Below are positions 53,636 through 63,986 of a stretch of DNA of 64,000 nucleotides, one piece after another. Position 1 is the first letter of the stretch, and every line of letters starts with the position of its first letter. Origin of the DNA: a virus. Taxonomy: Duplodnaviria > Caudoviricetes. The notes below the pieces were generated by a model. That model saw only the letters and a list, made by a program, of their open reading frames with translations. It ran no database searches and was not told the DNA's origin. The stretch is from the IMG/VR virus record IMGVR_UViG_3300028596_000001. One strand, given 5' to 3'. The position numbers and the translations under genes were made by a program.

Positions 53636-56014
53636 TCAATTGAGACCCAGCAGCACCAGCGCTTTCTGAGTGTCAACATGACGCAACGTGGCCACGTTAC
53701 GATCACCGAGGGTATAGCTGAACAGCCAGACGTTGTTCGAACCACTGAAGCGGATCAGCTTATCACGGTAGATCTCATCTTGCAGAACATCTTGGTCCTG
53801 GTCTTCCACGACGATTTCCATCAGACGGAAGATTTCAGGGAAGGTGCTGCGCTTGATGTATTGCGGTACGTTGACTTCTTCGTAGTACGGACCTTTGTTG
53901 CCTACGACGTTAGCCATGTAGAAGCTACGGATGACGTACAGGTTGACGTCGTCTTTCAGCTTGTCCAGAGCGCCCATCTCTTCACGAGGAACCAGATGCG
54001 GGTTGGCCTTGTGGAAGAGTTGCAGATGGCGGTTCAGGTAGCTGTCAGGTTTGATACCGACGAAGACGTTGAACGCGGTCTCGTCATTCTTGTGCAGCTC
54101 GTTGTACAGGTCGTCGATGTCAGCAGCCAGGTTATCGATCTGGAGCTTACCACCACCGCCTTTACCGTCTACCACGTTGTAGCCGCACTCGTTGGCCAGC
54201 CACTGGTTGCAGATCTCGGTCAGGCGACCGTTGATGAAAGTGCACAGGCCGTTGTCCAGGACACCTTCGCGGAACAGATTTTTCAACTTCTTGGCAGCTT
54301 CATAGAAGCTTGGACGGTCAGCTACGGTCAGCTGGCTGTCGGCGAAGACGAACGGAGCGTCCAGGAACAGACGTTCTTTATCTTCGGCAGAGGCACACTC
54401 GTAAGTGTTCCACTCGGTTAGGTTGTCGAAGACTGCGGCGGAGGTATCTTTGAACTTGCTGGTGACACGGCTGGTGATCAGATTAACGTTGTTGATGATG
54501 GCAACCGATTCTTTCTCAACGATTGGCTCGTCGATAACAATCGCAGGGATGCCTTCACCGAGGGCCTTGACGCTTTCAACTGGAACTTCCAGCTTGTCAT
54601 CTTTGGCCACTTCAGCGAGTGGAGCAGCGATGACCATGTAGGCGTCGTTGTCGTTATCTGGCTTGTCCAGCAGCGGCAGCAGCAGAGCTGGGTTGGTAAG
54701 TACTCTTGTCACATCGAGATTCTCAGCACGAACTACATGACTGAACCACCCGTTGTCTGCCTGCAGATCGATTACCACGATACGGAAGCAGCCGTGCATC
54801 AGAGCTTCCTCTTGACGCATTTCCGGGTGACGTTGGAAGACGCGTTGGATTTGACGCCAATCGCTTTCTGGAATGAAGTAGTGGTTCGGACGACCGGTCG
54901 GACGGAAGTAGCGAGGAAGATCGAACTCCCGCATGTTGTTCCGGTCTAGGTTTTGCAAATCGTTACGGATAGTACCCCAAGTCATACCCACCTCGTTAGA
55001 AACATTATGGTTAGCGGCCGGTTTACGCGGCGGCTCCTGGTTAACTTTGTAACCATGATAAGCTGCAGCGTTACGTTTGATCATCGCCGTAAGACTGTTA
55101 TGGTCTTCGGTTTGGTAGACTTCAGTCCGCGCCTGCTGCGGAACAAAGCCCAGGTATTCCGCATAGTTGTTCGGGTCATAGACTCGAGCATACTCCACGG
55201 GTGTGCTGATGTGGCTTACAAAGTTCAAGTTGGCATAAGGGAATGGTGCGTCGAAGGTTTCCCACATCTTCGAGAACTGTTCCTTAATGCCGTCAAGGTT
55301 TGCCAACTGCTGTTCTAGCGTTTTCGGGAGTCGATGGTTAAACGACAAACCCTTCTTCGTGTTGAACAACCAGTTAAGCAATTCCAGGAACAACACGTGA
55401 TAGCAAGCGAGTTGAACTGCGTTGTTGAAATCCTGCTCAGTCCACTGCTCTTTATTACTGCGGCGCATTTCTTCGATCAGCAGATAACCGAAGATCACAG
55501 TACCCTGCATAGCGATAGTGTGATGGAACGTCGCGATCTTGTTAACGTCAGCAATGAACTCTTTCTTCAGCGGGCAGGGATACCCAGTTTGCTGATCCAG
55601 TACGAACTGTTCTTTAACTTGCTGATAGTTCTTGTAGAACACTGCAGTCTCGCGACGGCTCATGTAGTACAGGAACTTTACCATGGGCTCTTCGACCTTA
55701 CCGATATAGTACTCGATAGTGTCGGAGTCAACAGCCCCGCTACCTTCTAGCATCCCTGCTAGTACATCGTTATGCTCCACGCCACCGTTGTGGGTCTTCC
55801 AGTTGAAGCCGGTGGGTGATGCGCCGGTAGTACTCATACCACCAGCGAGCAAACCTTTAATAGTGTTGCCTGGGATCAGCGCTGCCGCGTTACCCATTTG
55901 AGGACTTAAGTTAACACCGCCCACACCGCGGTGCTGCATTCCTGCTGGCGGGGCTACGTCCAGATTGATACTGCCAGGACGCATGCCACTTGTCGGGCGT
56001 AGGGAATCACTCAT
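53636..56014 (-). CDS. Conserved phiKZ-like core protein of unknown function
   Basis: 792 aa, biased codons, ATGA-coupled to the RNAP subunit gene. Confidence 0.75.
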   Translation of the reverse strand: MSDSLRPTSGMRPGSINLDVAPPAGMQHRGVGGVNLSPQMGNAAALIPGNTIKGLLAGGMSTTGASPTGFNWKTHNGGVEHNDVLAGMLEGSGAVDSDTIEYYIGKVEEPMVKFLYYMSRRETAVFYKNYQQVKEQFVLDQQTGYPCPLKKEFIADVNKIATFHHTIAMQGTVIFGYLLIEEMRRSNKEQWTEQDFNNAVQLACYHVLFLELLNWLFNTKKGLSFNHRLPKTLEQQLANLDGIKEQFSKMWETFDAPFPYANLNFVSHISTPVEYARVYDPNNYAEYLGFVPQQARTEVYQTEDHNSLTAMIKRNAAAYHGYKVNQEPPRKPAANHNVSNEVGMTWGTIRNDLQNLDRNNMREFDLPRYFRPTGRPNHYFIPESDWRQIQRVFQRHPEMRQEEALMHGCFRIVVIDLQADNGWFSHVVRAENLDVTRVLTNPALLLPLLDKPDNDNDAYMVIAAPLAEVAKDDKLEVPVESVKALGEGIPAIVIDEPIVEKESVAIINNVNLITSRVTSKFKDTSAAVFDNLTEWNTYECASAEDKERLFLDAPFVFADSQLTVADRPSFYEAAKKLKNLFREGVLDNGLCTFINGRLTEICNQWLANECGYNVVDGKGGGGKLQIDNLAADIDDLYNELHKNDETAFNVFVGIKPDSYLNRHLQLFHKANPHLVPREEMGALDKLKDDVNLYVIRSFYMANVVGNKGPYYEEVNVPQYIKRSTFPEIFRLMEIVVEDQDQDVLQDEIYRDKLIRFSGSNNVWLFSYTLGDRNVATLRHVDTQKALVLLGLN

Positions 56015-57669
56015 ACTTTACTTTCTCTAAATCTGAGTCGTCGTTCTGATTTTTCGTACAGCTCCTTGAATTGAGGGTCCAGGGCTGTTACTTTGTCGTT
56101 GATCAGATAGACACATGGTAGTAGGTAAGCACGTCCGTCAGGTCCCGGAGAGGACACTCGAAGATGGCTGTTAACAAACAGCTGCGAAGTGTGGATGTGA
56201 GTTGAACTGTCGTTCGCGTCAAAGTCACCCTTCTTCTTATTCTTGGACGAACTGGTGAACACTTTATCCTGCGGCATACATCCCAACATGTAATCGACGA
56301 AGGGTACGTCAGTCGGGGTGGCTTCCTGGATCAGGTTAGTGGTTCGTGCGTTGTCGATTTCTTTTACATGGAAACGACTATTAAGGAAACGCGATACCTT
56401 TTTCTGACTCAGTTCCGAGTTATTCTTGATATCGTGCTTGAAGTTGTTCGCCGCGGTGATGAGTTTATCCATCGTGAATTCGAGGCTAGCAAGTTCTTTG
56501 TGGAACATAGTCGCACGGTCTGTCGTCTGAACGATCTCACTACGATTGGTGATAATGTAGTTAAAGAGATCGAAGATGTCGGACGCTACGATGTTCTGGG
56601 CTGCGAACTTCTTAATGGAGTCCTCATCCAGGTAATCGTTGATGGAATCGAAGTGATCGTACATCAAACGCATGATGTACTCATTGGAGTCACCACTCTT
56701 AACCGAAGTACGTCCGATTAAAAGCTTCCAATAATCAGGATCGTCGATCCGATCGATGTCAAAGTAGCTCGACATGCAATCAATTACAAACTGCAAAGAT
56801 GCAGCATACTGCAAACCCAAAGTGTTCAGGGTCTTACGCTTACTCGATTTGTTTCGAATAGCGATACCCAGATCTTGGTTTACATATTCACCCAGGAATT
56901 TCGGGTTAGGGGATTTCGACCGCGTAATGATTTCCCAACGGTCCTCGGCTTTGCACTCATCAATGAGCACGTCAACCGGACCCAGTTCATACTCACATTC
57001 CCCGAACTTCTCCATGGCCTTGGTAAAGCCCATGTTGGCAAACACGTACCAAGCCAGCAGCGGAATAGGAACGTTCTTGCTGGTGATTTTCCGGGAGTCT
57101 GTGGGGCTGTAGAACCGGTTACTGGCCAAGTTGATACTGGCCGTACTCGTCATTACCTGTCCACCGTGGTTGAACACGTAATCGTAGTTGTAATGTTCAA
57201 TACCAATCTTGAACTTAAACCCGAGCACTTTCACGAACAGAGAGTTTTCTTTGGTAACTGGTAACCCTCGTTCGGCTAGGACGATTTGCAAACTGTAGTG
57301 CACACCACGCAACCAAATGTCCCCATACTTGTCACAGTACGGCAACATGGTGTAAGCATGCATCTTGATCATCTGGCCAGATTTGTCCCGATACTCAAAA
57401 TTCAGCTTCACCGGATAAATGGTTTCCTTATGGATATCATAAATCTTGGTGCTGGAGTTGATCAAATACTCGATGTACTCACGGGGAGACACACGCTTTA
57501 CATCTATGAAAAATACGCCTCTCTTCTCAATACTCTTGAAGATAATCCTGAGCGCATTATCGTAGTAGCGCAGGGCTCCCTCAAACTCCTTGAGGTGAAA
57601 ACCCTCCGTGATAGTTTGATTGAACTTAGGCTGCCTTTCTTTAATACGCTCGGCGAGTAGGTGAAACAT
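56011..57669 (-). CDS. Non-virion RNA polymerase beta-type subunit (phiKZ gp123-like)
   Basis: 552 aa; LPYCDKYGDIWLRGVHYSLQIVLAERG resembles the beta N-terminal region; synteny downstream of MCP. Confidence 0.7.
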   Translation of the reverse strand: MFHLLAERIKERQPKFNQTITEGFHLKEFEGALRYYDNALRIIFKSIEKRGVFFIDVKRVSPREYIEYLINSSTKIYDIHKETIYPVKLNFEYRDKSGQMIKMHAYTMLPYCDKYGDIWLRGVHYSLQIVLAERGLPVTKENSLFVKVLGFKFKIGIEHYNYDYVFNHGGQVMTSTASINLASNRFYSPTDSRKITSKNVPIPLLAWYVFANMGFTKAMEKFGECEYELGPVDVLIDECKAEDRWEIITRSKSPNPKFLGEYVNQDLGIAIRNKSSKRKTLNTLGLQYAASLQFVIDCMSSYFDIDRIDDPDYWKLLIGRTSVKSGDSNEYIMRLMYDHFDSINDYLDEDSIKKFAAQNIVASDIFDLFNYIITNRSEIVQTTDRATMFHKELASLEFTMDKLITAANNFKHDIKNNSELSQKKVSRFLNSRFHVKEIDNARTTNLIQEATPTDVPFVDYMLGCMPQDKVFTSSSKNKKKGDFDANDSSTHIHTSQLFVNSHLRVSSPGPDGRAYLLPCVYLINDKVTALDPQFKELYEKSERRLRFRESKV

Positions 57670-57695
57670 CCTGGTATCCCCAAAAGTGTTGTGCT

Positions 57696-58841
57696 TTATG
57701 ACCAGAAGAATCTAAATCCTGCTAGACAAATGCCGACAGTTGCTCCGACTGTTTTCAGCGCGTCTGATACCCAGGACAAAATACTTCTTTGCTTTGCTTG
57801 CTCCAGCGCGTGTTTGTCACGCGTTTCTTTCCTACGCATTTCCGCCTTTACACGGGCGATTTCTTCTTTGTTGCTATGGTCAGATCGGGCATGCTTGTCT
57901 TCAGCTGCCTTTATATCTTGTTTTAACCGAGCTAGATCCATCGCATGAGATTGCTTCATATGAGTAATCTGTAGTGATAAATCGCTTACCTGGTCTTCCG
58001 CTTTCTCTAGTCGGATAGTAGAATCCCTCAGCAGTTTCTTTTTATCATCCAGCTCTTTGGAGATATCTTTGACCCTGCTCTCAGCTTCGAGATACCTTTC
58101 GGTATTACCATATTTCATGGCGTCCGCTTTCGAGGTGAAGATTCCGAGACTATCTAACAAGTCATCAGTCATGTTATCAAAACTGTAGAATAGCAGTTCA
58201 GGTAGCTTTTCACCAATGGAAATGCCTATATACAATCCGGCACTATCCTGCTCGTTTTGCACCACTGGCACTTCAGTGGCACGACCGGCAACGTTTACGT
58301 AGAAGGGTTTTTGCGTCCGACGGGGATCAACCACATAAGCACAATAGTGGATGGCGAACCGTGGATTATTGCGTTGGAGTTGAGCAATTGAATCCGCAAG
58401 GTTAGTAGTAGGGACGTTGAGCGCGTCCTTGTTCTTGTGGCCAGAACCAGGATAAATAGTCAGGCCGAGCATCTCACTGTGGATGGCTGTGGTGTCATCT
58501 GCGAACCTAGCCCCCAAAGTAATCTTTACCGACACCGTGTCATTGAGTGTCCGGAAATAAGTTGCTTCACTATTCTTGAGACGTTCTACTTCCTCCTTTA
58601 ACCGATCCATGATTTCCCTGTCCAGTTTGGTCAAGGCGTGGCTTGGATCGATGTGGATAGTTTCGAGATTGATGTTAACCAGTTTGACTACTAGGTACTT
58701 GTCTTTCTCGAAGGTGGGCTCATCACGTTTACGAACAATGCAACGCAACCCACCTTTATGTACTACAACGAGGTCACAGTCAGTGCCCCCGTTAATAATC
58801 TCGCGTTCCAGCTTGAAAGAATTCATATTCCAAACCACCAT
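57696..58841 (-). CDS. Conserved hypothetical protein with a coiled coil and hydrophobic C-terminus
   Basis: 381 aa; syntenic between MCP and the RNAP subunit. Confidence 0.7.
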   Translation of the reverse strand: MVVWNMNSFKLEREIINGGTDCDLVVVHKGGLRCIVRKRDEPTFEKDKYLVVKLVNINLETIHIDPSHALTKLDREIMDRLKEEVERLKNSEATYFRTLNDTVSVKITLGARFADDTTAIHSEMLGLTIYPGSGHKNKDALNVPTTNLADSIAQLQRNNPRFAIHYCAYVVDPRRTQKPFYVNVAGRATEVPVVQNEQDSAGLYIGISIGEKLPELLFYSFDNMTDDLLDSLGIFTSKADAMKYGNTERYLEAESRVKDISKELDDKKKLLRDSTIRLEKAEDQVSDLSLQITHMKQSHAMDLARLKQDIKAAEDKHARSDHSNKEEIARVKAEMRRKETRDKHALEQAKQRSILSWVSDALKTVGATVGICLAGFRFFWS

Positions 58842-58886
58842 AATTAGTTTCTCTAACCTAATAATTTAGGTTTGAAATATTCCATT

Positions 58887-58945
58887 GCGAAAAAAAAAAC
58901 CTCCCCCTACCCTATCCCCGGTTAGGAGGATAGGGTAGGGAGAAG
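58887..58945 (-). terminator. MCP transcript terminator
   Basis: ccctaccctatcc/ggatagggtaggg stem followed by T10 on the minus strand. Confidence 0.85.
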
Positions 58946-58974
58946 TCTTCACAATGCCAAACGGGTTAAGCCAG

Positions 58975-59054
58975 CCTCTCCACACCATAGGGTCCTGTTA
59001 AGTAAAACTCTTCAGGACCCCGTAGTACGTGTCGGGGAGGCTTACGGGTTTGGG
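58975..59054 (-). other. Putative -1 programmed ribosomal frameshift signal of the MCP gene, with extension ORF
   Basis: Slippery C CCA AAC (59054-59048) in MCP frame, 7-nt spacer, ~66-nt hairpin (59040-58975); -1 frame reads PVSLPDTYYGVLKSFT-stop (TAA 59000-58998). Confidence 0.8.
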
Positions 59055-61252
59055 ACTGGGTTGTTGCCTTCGGTAGCGGTGATCAGCTCGTCCATCTTGG
59101 CAGCGAGACCAACCACTTCCACGCGCTGCTTGGCCAGCTTGGTCAGCAGACCTTCGTCGCCCAGGAACTTGCGAGCGTCGGTGATGGTCAGGGAACCGAT
59201 GATCGGGTTCAGAGCCCAGTGCTTGTAGGTCGGCAGGGTCATCACGACACCGAAGTCCTGCTGATCACGAGTCACGTTACCTTGAACAACGATGTTCTCT
59301 TTCGAGACCACGACACCGACACCGCCCAGAGGGTTGATGAAGTCGGAAGTCGAGTTGTTCTTGGTGACGATCAGGATCTGACCGATCTGGCTGTCGAAGT
59401 TGGTTTCGATAGCGGTCATGTTGACCATCGAGCCCAGAGTACGAGCATCGCCAGTCTTCATCAGGAAGCGACGCAGGTTCTGGTGGACGATGATGTTCCA
59501 CTCAGGAGCGGTGGTACCGCCGTACTCAGCGATGGCAGCCAGGCCGGACTTGGTGGTCAGAGCCGAGGTGATGTCGCTCAGTTCGTTGGTGAACACAGCC
59601 GATACTGCATCGAACACGCCGGTGGAGTCAACCACGGACACCACGTCTTCCAGGGTGATCGAACGGTTGACAGCCGAAGCAGTCACGTAGTGCATGCCAG
59701 GCAGCACGTTCGAACCTTGGTTGTTCGACACGACAGGGTGACCGTCGATCGAGGTGATGTACTTCAGGTGTTCCTGAGCCATGTCGAAGGCTTTCTTCGA
59801 GCACTGGTTGTTGATCGCGACCGACATCTGCTGGATGGCGTAGTCCAGGGAGTCCTGGTTCACGTCTTCCTTGCTGATTGGGTACTTGACCGACACAGGC
59901 GAACCGCGGCGAACCGACAGGTGCTTGTCAGCGTCGAACACTTCGATACGGTAGCCGAAGTTACCGCGCGACAGGTTGTTGACGTTGGCGCGGGTTTTGA
60001 TACCCGATACCGAGCCCTTGGTCAGCAGCTTGATCAGCGCCTTCTGGGTGTCGTCACCACGACCACGGTCAATAACGTTGCCGGTGGCGATGTGGGTCAG
60101 AGCCGAGATGGTCACGTGACCGCCGTTGAGGCGCATGGTGTTCTTCTGGCGCTGGAAGCTGCCCTGCATCGACACTTCGAGCATCGGCTGGTAGCCAGCG
60201 TCTTTGAACGCCTTGAACAGGGTTTCGCCGACACGGTTGCCGTCTTTGTCCAGTACGGCGAAGCCGTTGAACTGGTTCAGCAGCATGCCCAGCTGGCGGT
60301 CGTCCGAGGACTGGCCGTTGGTGGTCGGGTTGAAGGTGTTGTTCGACATCGCTTTGGTATCGATGAAGAAGATCTTCTCGACGCCGTCGATGGTCGCGGT
60401 CAGCTGCAGAGCTTCACCGGTGATCGAGTTGGACTCGATTTCGTCGGTGCTGGTCCAGGCGCGCTGGCCAGGAGCTTGGCAGAGGCCCAGGAAGTTCGGG
60501 ATGACGCTCGGAACTTTCAGGTAGCCAGTCAGGTGGTTCTCGCGGCCGTAGGCGTCAGCTTCCGGGTAGGTAGCAGGCCATGGGGCGATGGTAGCGGCGT
60601 CAACGAACAGCTCGCGAACGTCATCACCGGCGTCTTCCGGGTAAACCGGGTAGATGGCCAGGACTTCGTCTTTGAACATTTCGCCGGTACGCAGCAGGCC
60701 GAAGATTGGCTTCAGCTCGGAAGCTTGCTGCCAGGCGTTGTTGCCGTAGGCATAGTTGCCCAGGCCGGCAGCGCGGACCTTCAGCAGAGCGCCTTCGTCT
60801 TCGTAGCGAACGGTGATGGTCGAGAACAGAGCTTCGGCCGCAGGGGTCTGCAGGTGGCTCTGGGCGTTCAGGGTCATGTTCGCAGCTTTGATGTCTGCTT
60901 CAGAACCGCGGAAGTTCTGCATGGAGAAGCCTTCCAGACCACCAACGGTGGAGTAGAAGTCTTCGGTCTTCTCGACGATCTCACGCAGGTCGCTGGCAGC
61001 GACTTTGTCGGTACGAGCCATGGAGCTCTGGAACGCGGCGTAGGTCTTGTCGTTCAGACGACTGTGCAGCATGCCCATCAGGTTTTGGCTTTCGACGCCT
61101 TGCACCTGGGCGAGACCGACTTTGTCGGCGAACTCGCTGAAGCTTTCGACACCGGCGTGAGCCGACAGTGTCTGGTTTTGTACAGCCGAACGGATCAGGT
61201 GAAAGAGGTTGCCCTCGTTCTTCAATCCGGTTTTGATCTCTTTGTAGGCCAT
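59042..61252 (-). CDS. Major capsid protein (phiKZ gp120-like)
   Basis: 736 aa; strongest codon bias in the window; QTPAAEALF, DQIGQI, HWALNPIIG; G-x-E protease sites; divergent from DnaB as in phiKZ-like genomes. Confidence 0.88.
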   Translation of the reverse strand: MAYKEIKTGLKNEGNLFHLIRSAVQNQTLSAHAGVESFSEFADKVGLAQVQGVESQNLMGMLHSRLNDKTYAAFQSSMARTDKVAASDLREIVEKTEDFYSTVGGLEGFSMQNFRGSEADIKAANMTLNAQSHLQTPAAEALFSTITVRYEDEGALLKVRAAGLGNYAYGNNAWQQASELKPIFGLLRTGEMFKDEVLAIYPVYPEDAGDDVRELFVDAATIAPWPATYPEADAYGRENHLTGYLKVPSVIPNFLGLCQAPGQRAWTSTDEIESNSITGEALQLTATIDGVEKIFFIDTKAMSNNTFNPTTNGQSSDDRQLGMLLNQFNGFAVLDKDGNRVGETLFKAFKDAGYQPMLEVSMQGSFQRQKNTMRLNGGHVTISALTHIATGNVIDRGRGDDTQKALIKLLTKGSVSGIKTRANVNNLSRGNFGYRIEVFDADKHLSVRRGSPVSVKYPISKEDVNQDSLDYAIQQMSVAINNQCSKKAFDMAQEHLKYITSIDGHPVVSNNQGSNVLPGMHYVTASAVNRSITLEDVVSVVDSTGVFDAVSAVFTNELSDITSALTTKSGLAAIAEYGGTTAPEWNIIVHQNLRRFLMKTGDARTLGSMVNMTAIETNFDSQIGQILIVTKNNSTSDFINPLGGVGVVVSKENIVVQGNVTRDQQDFGVVMTLPTYKHWALNPIIGSLTITDARKFLGDEGLLTKLAKQRVEVVGLAAKMDELITATEGNNPVPNP

Positions 61253-61339
61253 GGAAGGAATTCCTTACAGACTGAGGACAGACAGACAAATATATTTGTT
61301 TGTGTATACAGTGCTACACATAACATATATTCGCGTGGG

Positions 61340-61888
61340 TTACGGGTTTTGCAAACCGAGCAGCTTATAAACCACAGCCAGAGAGAATTCTCCCAAAGCT
61401 GGTTCGACGATTTTCCCGAAGTGGGACTCCAGGTAACCGCAAGAGTTGAAAATGCATTCGAGCAACGCTCCAGAGAATGTTGCCGATTCAAGCTCAGTCC
61501 AACCTGCGAGCTTATCATCATTTTCAGTGTTGAACGCAAAGACCAAGACATTGGCCCCAGAGTTCAGGTAAGAGAAGGAGGCCGACGAGTTGATGAATTC
61601 CGATAAGCTTTCACCATCCACACTATTAAATGCTTCTTTCAGCATACCTCCTTCATAGTCTTTCTTGAAAAGCATTTCCGGATCGAGCATGGGGACTCCA
61701 AGCTCTTGTGCGATCCGATGCTGGAATTTGAGGATCTGACCGATCTCGTTGTAGGTGAGCTTTTGATGATATGTCTCAATAGCTGCCAGATCTCGCAACG
61801 GAATCGATACCCGGTCCAATAGGCGAGCCATCGCGTTGGTCAGGAAGAACACATGAACCGAAGGCCCATTGGGGGTCCTGAGTATCAT
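61340..61888 (-). CDS. Conserved protein upstream of MCP, possibly virion
   Basis: 182 aa, AGGAG RBS, syntenic position. Confidence 0.7.
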   Translation of the reverse strand: MILRTPNGPSVHVFFLTNAMARLLDRVSIPLRDLAAIETYHQKLTYNEIGQILKFQHRIAQELGVPMLDPEMLFKKDYEGGMLKEAFNSVDGESLSEFINSSASFSYLNSGANVLVFAFNTENDDKLAGWTELESATFSGALLECIFNSCGYLESHFGKIVEPALGEFSLAVVYKLLGLQNP

Positions 61889-61915
61889 CTTTTTTGCTCC
61901 TAGGAGTTAGTCTGA

Positions 61916-63448
61916 ATGAATGACTTGCTGGTGTTGGTCAAAGTGTTGTCGGCAATTTACCAAGCCAAGAAAATTAATGACGCCAATTTGCTTAAAGAGT
62001 TGGAAGAACTCTTCGAAGAACTTCCATCTCCTCCACCAGAAGTTTTTGTTCAGAACAAAGACGTCAGGGAAGGCATTAAAGCGACTATCCACTGGCTGTT
62101 TAAACAGCCAGATGATGAACCAATCATAAAATCAGTATTGATGCAGCGTGTACGTATCTTTGCTGCTGGTAATGATGACATTAAACTGTCCATCGAAGAC
62201 GGTCTGGAAGACTTCGATGACGAAGGTATGGTTCGTAAGGTTATCTACAAACAGATCACCGAGATCCGTCTATCGTTAGAAGACAAAGGTTTCGCCGATA
62301 AGTGGAAGAAGGCGATCAAGAACTACTTCTACAAAGACCACACCGAAATCTCCAAGGAAGACTGGGTTGCTCTGTCGGATATCATTAACGACCGGATGGC
62401 TACGCTCTATGAAGAGAAGCAGTCAGAGGTTATTAGTGAAGTAAGCACTGAAGACCCTACCAGCTTCCACAGCATCATTCAGCTGGCTAAGCAAGAGAAC
62501 AGTAACGAAGGTATTCTCAAGACTGGTATCCAGGCGCTTAACCTGGCTCTTAGTCCTGATGGTGGTTTCCGTCGTAGTAAGTTCTATTTGCTCAACGCCC
62601 TGACCAACCGTGGTAAGTCCCTCACTGTAGCGCACCTGACAGCCTCTGTGGGCCTTTACAACAAACCGATGCTGCGTAACAAGTCCAAGATTCCAACGAT
62701 CCTCCTGGAGTCCGCAGAAGACACCATGGACCTGATCATCCAGCGTATGTACAAGTTGGCCATCAGTGTTACTACTGACGCAGAGCCAGACTTCAACATC
62801 GCTGACCAAGATGACATCGTTGAAGCGATCGTGAACTGCTTCAAGAAGAACGGTTGGGTCTTGATCATGAAAGTGATCGACTCGAACAAAGACACAGCTG
62901 CTGCAATGTTCGACCGTGTTCGTCGTCTGCAACTCAAAGGCCACGAAATCATCTTCTTCGCTTACGACTACTGCGCGCTGCAGAACTACGATAAGCTGCC
63001 AGGAGAAACCAAGTCGGATAAACTCCAATTGCACGTCCGCAAGATCCGTGCCTTCATGATCAGTCATGGTATCTGCTTTGCTACTCCTCACCAGTTGAGC
63101 CCAGATGCGAAGAAGCGTCTGCAAGAGTCTGATGAAGAGTCCGAAGTTTACTTTGCTCGTGAAGTAGCTGGTAAGTCGTATACCGAAACTTCCACCAAGA
63201 TTACCAACGAAGTGGACGTTGAGATTACCTTCCACGTTGCCAAGACCTCGTTCAAGAACTACTGGACGTTCTGTGTTGGTAAACAGCGTGGTGAAGGTTG
63301 CTTACCAGAACACCGTTTCGCTATCTATGACATCGACCCAGTAATGGGCTTGAAGCATGATATCAACGGTAAACCCGCGTTCCGTCGCAGTTTGCAGACG
63401 AGACTGAACGACATGGGTGAGATTGAGAATGACTTTGATGCTCTCTAA
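61916..63448 (+). CDS. dnaB: DnaB-like replicative helicase
   Basis: Walker A ALTNRGKS, LLESAED, YDY Walker B, TPHQLS, GKQRG arginine finger. Confidence 0.88.
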   Translation: MNDLLVLVKVLSAIYQAKKINDANLLKELEELFEELPSPPPEVFVQNKDVREGIKATIHWLFKQPDDEPIIKSVLMQRVRIFAAGNDDIKLSIEDGLEDFDDEGMVRKVIYKQITEIRLSLEDKGFADKWKKAIKNYFYKDHTEISKEDWVALSDIINDRMATLYEEKQSEVISEVSTEDPTSFHSIIQLAKQENSNEGILKTGIQALNLALSPDGGFRRSKFYLLNALTNRGKSLTVAHLTASVGLYNKPMLRNKSKIPTILLESAEDTMDLIIQRMYKLAISVTTDAEPDFNIADQDDIVEAIVNCFKKNGWVLIMKVIDSNKDTAAAMFDRVRRLQLKGHEIIFFAYDYCALQNYDKLPGETKSDKLQLHVRKIRAFMISHGICFATPHQLSPDAKKRLQESDEESEVYFAREVAGKSYTETSTKITNEVDVEITFHVAKTSFKNYWTFCVGKQRGEGCLPEHRFAIYDIDPVMGLKHDINGKPAFRRSLQTRLNDMGEIENDFDAL

Positions 63449-63481
63449 CGTGATCTAAAGCGTATATAAGCAGACATAACC

Positions 63482-63516
63482 CTATACCCCTAACCCGCTG
63501 AGGGTTAGGGGTATAG
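63482..63516. terminator. Terminator hairpin between convergent genes
   Basis: 15-bp stem ctatacccctaaccc/gggttaggggtatag. Confidence 0.75.
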
Positions 63517-63542
63517 TAGGCTTTATTTCGCGTTTTAGGAGC

Positions 63543-63986
63543 TTATGACCCCAGCTGACCGATACCTACAGTGGGGAACAAAGTTTCCGCTGCCGCACCC
63601 TGGGGTGTTCTAATGCTTTCGGCAAAACTGACCATTTTGTCAATGGTTCCCTGTTTATGCTCTTCAGCGAGACGCATGAAGTTTTCAGTATTACCGAGCA
63701 TGTTGATATACGCCATCAGTTCACCAATTACAAACAATCTCCATCCGATGTCTTCATAGGCGTCGTTTTGACTGACAGCGTCAAGCAAAGCAACCGCACC
63801 GCCAACAATCCCTTTAGGGTGCTGATCGAACTCGCGAACACCAATCAGCTTCTCCATCTCGTCTTTAAAACGACGACGGCGTTCAATTTGATCCACCATT
63901 TCCTTGCTGGCCTGTTCGACGCTTACCCCTGGTTCAGCCCCTTCCAGTTTCTCGGCGTAGCCTTTCAAGATGTCGTTCACGCTCAT
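63543..63986 (-). CDS. Hypothetical protein
   Basis: 147 aa, GGAGAAGGGA upstream. Confidence 0.7.
   Translation of the reverse strand: MSVNDILKGYAEKLEGAEPGVSVEQASKEMVDQIERRRRFKDEMEKLIGVREFDQHPKGIVGGAVALLDAVSQNDAYEDIGWRLFVIGELMAYINMLGNTENFMRLAEEHKQGTIDKMVSFAESIRTPQGAAAETLFPTVGIGQLGS

Noticed and set aside
61253-61270. AAGGAATTCCTT palindrome covering the MCP Shine-Dalgarno
   Set aside because: Only a 4-bp stem, too weak to claim translational control
59219-61606. 795-aa plus-strand ORF
   Set aside because: Antisense shadow of the codon-biased MCP gene; no RBS and no recognisable motifs
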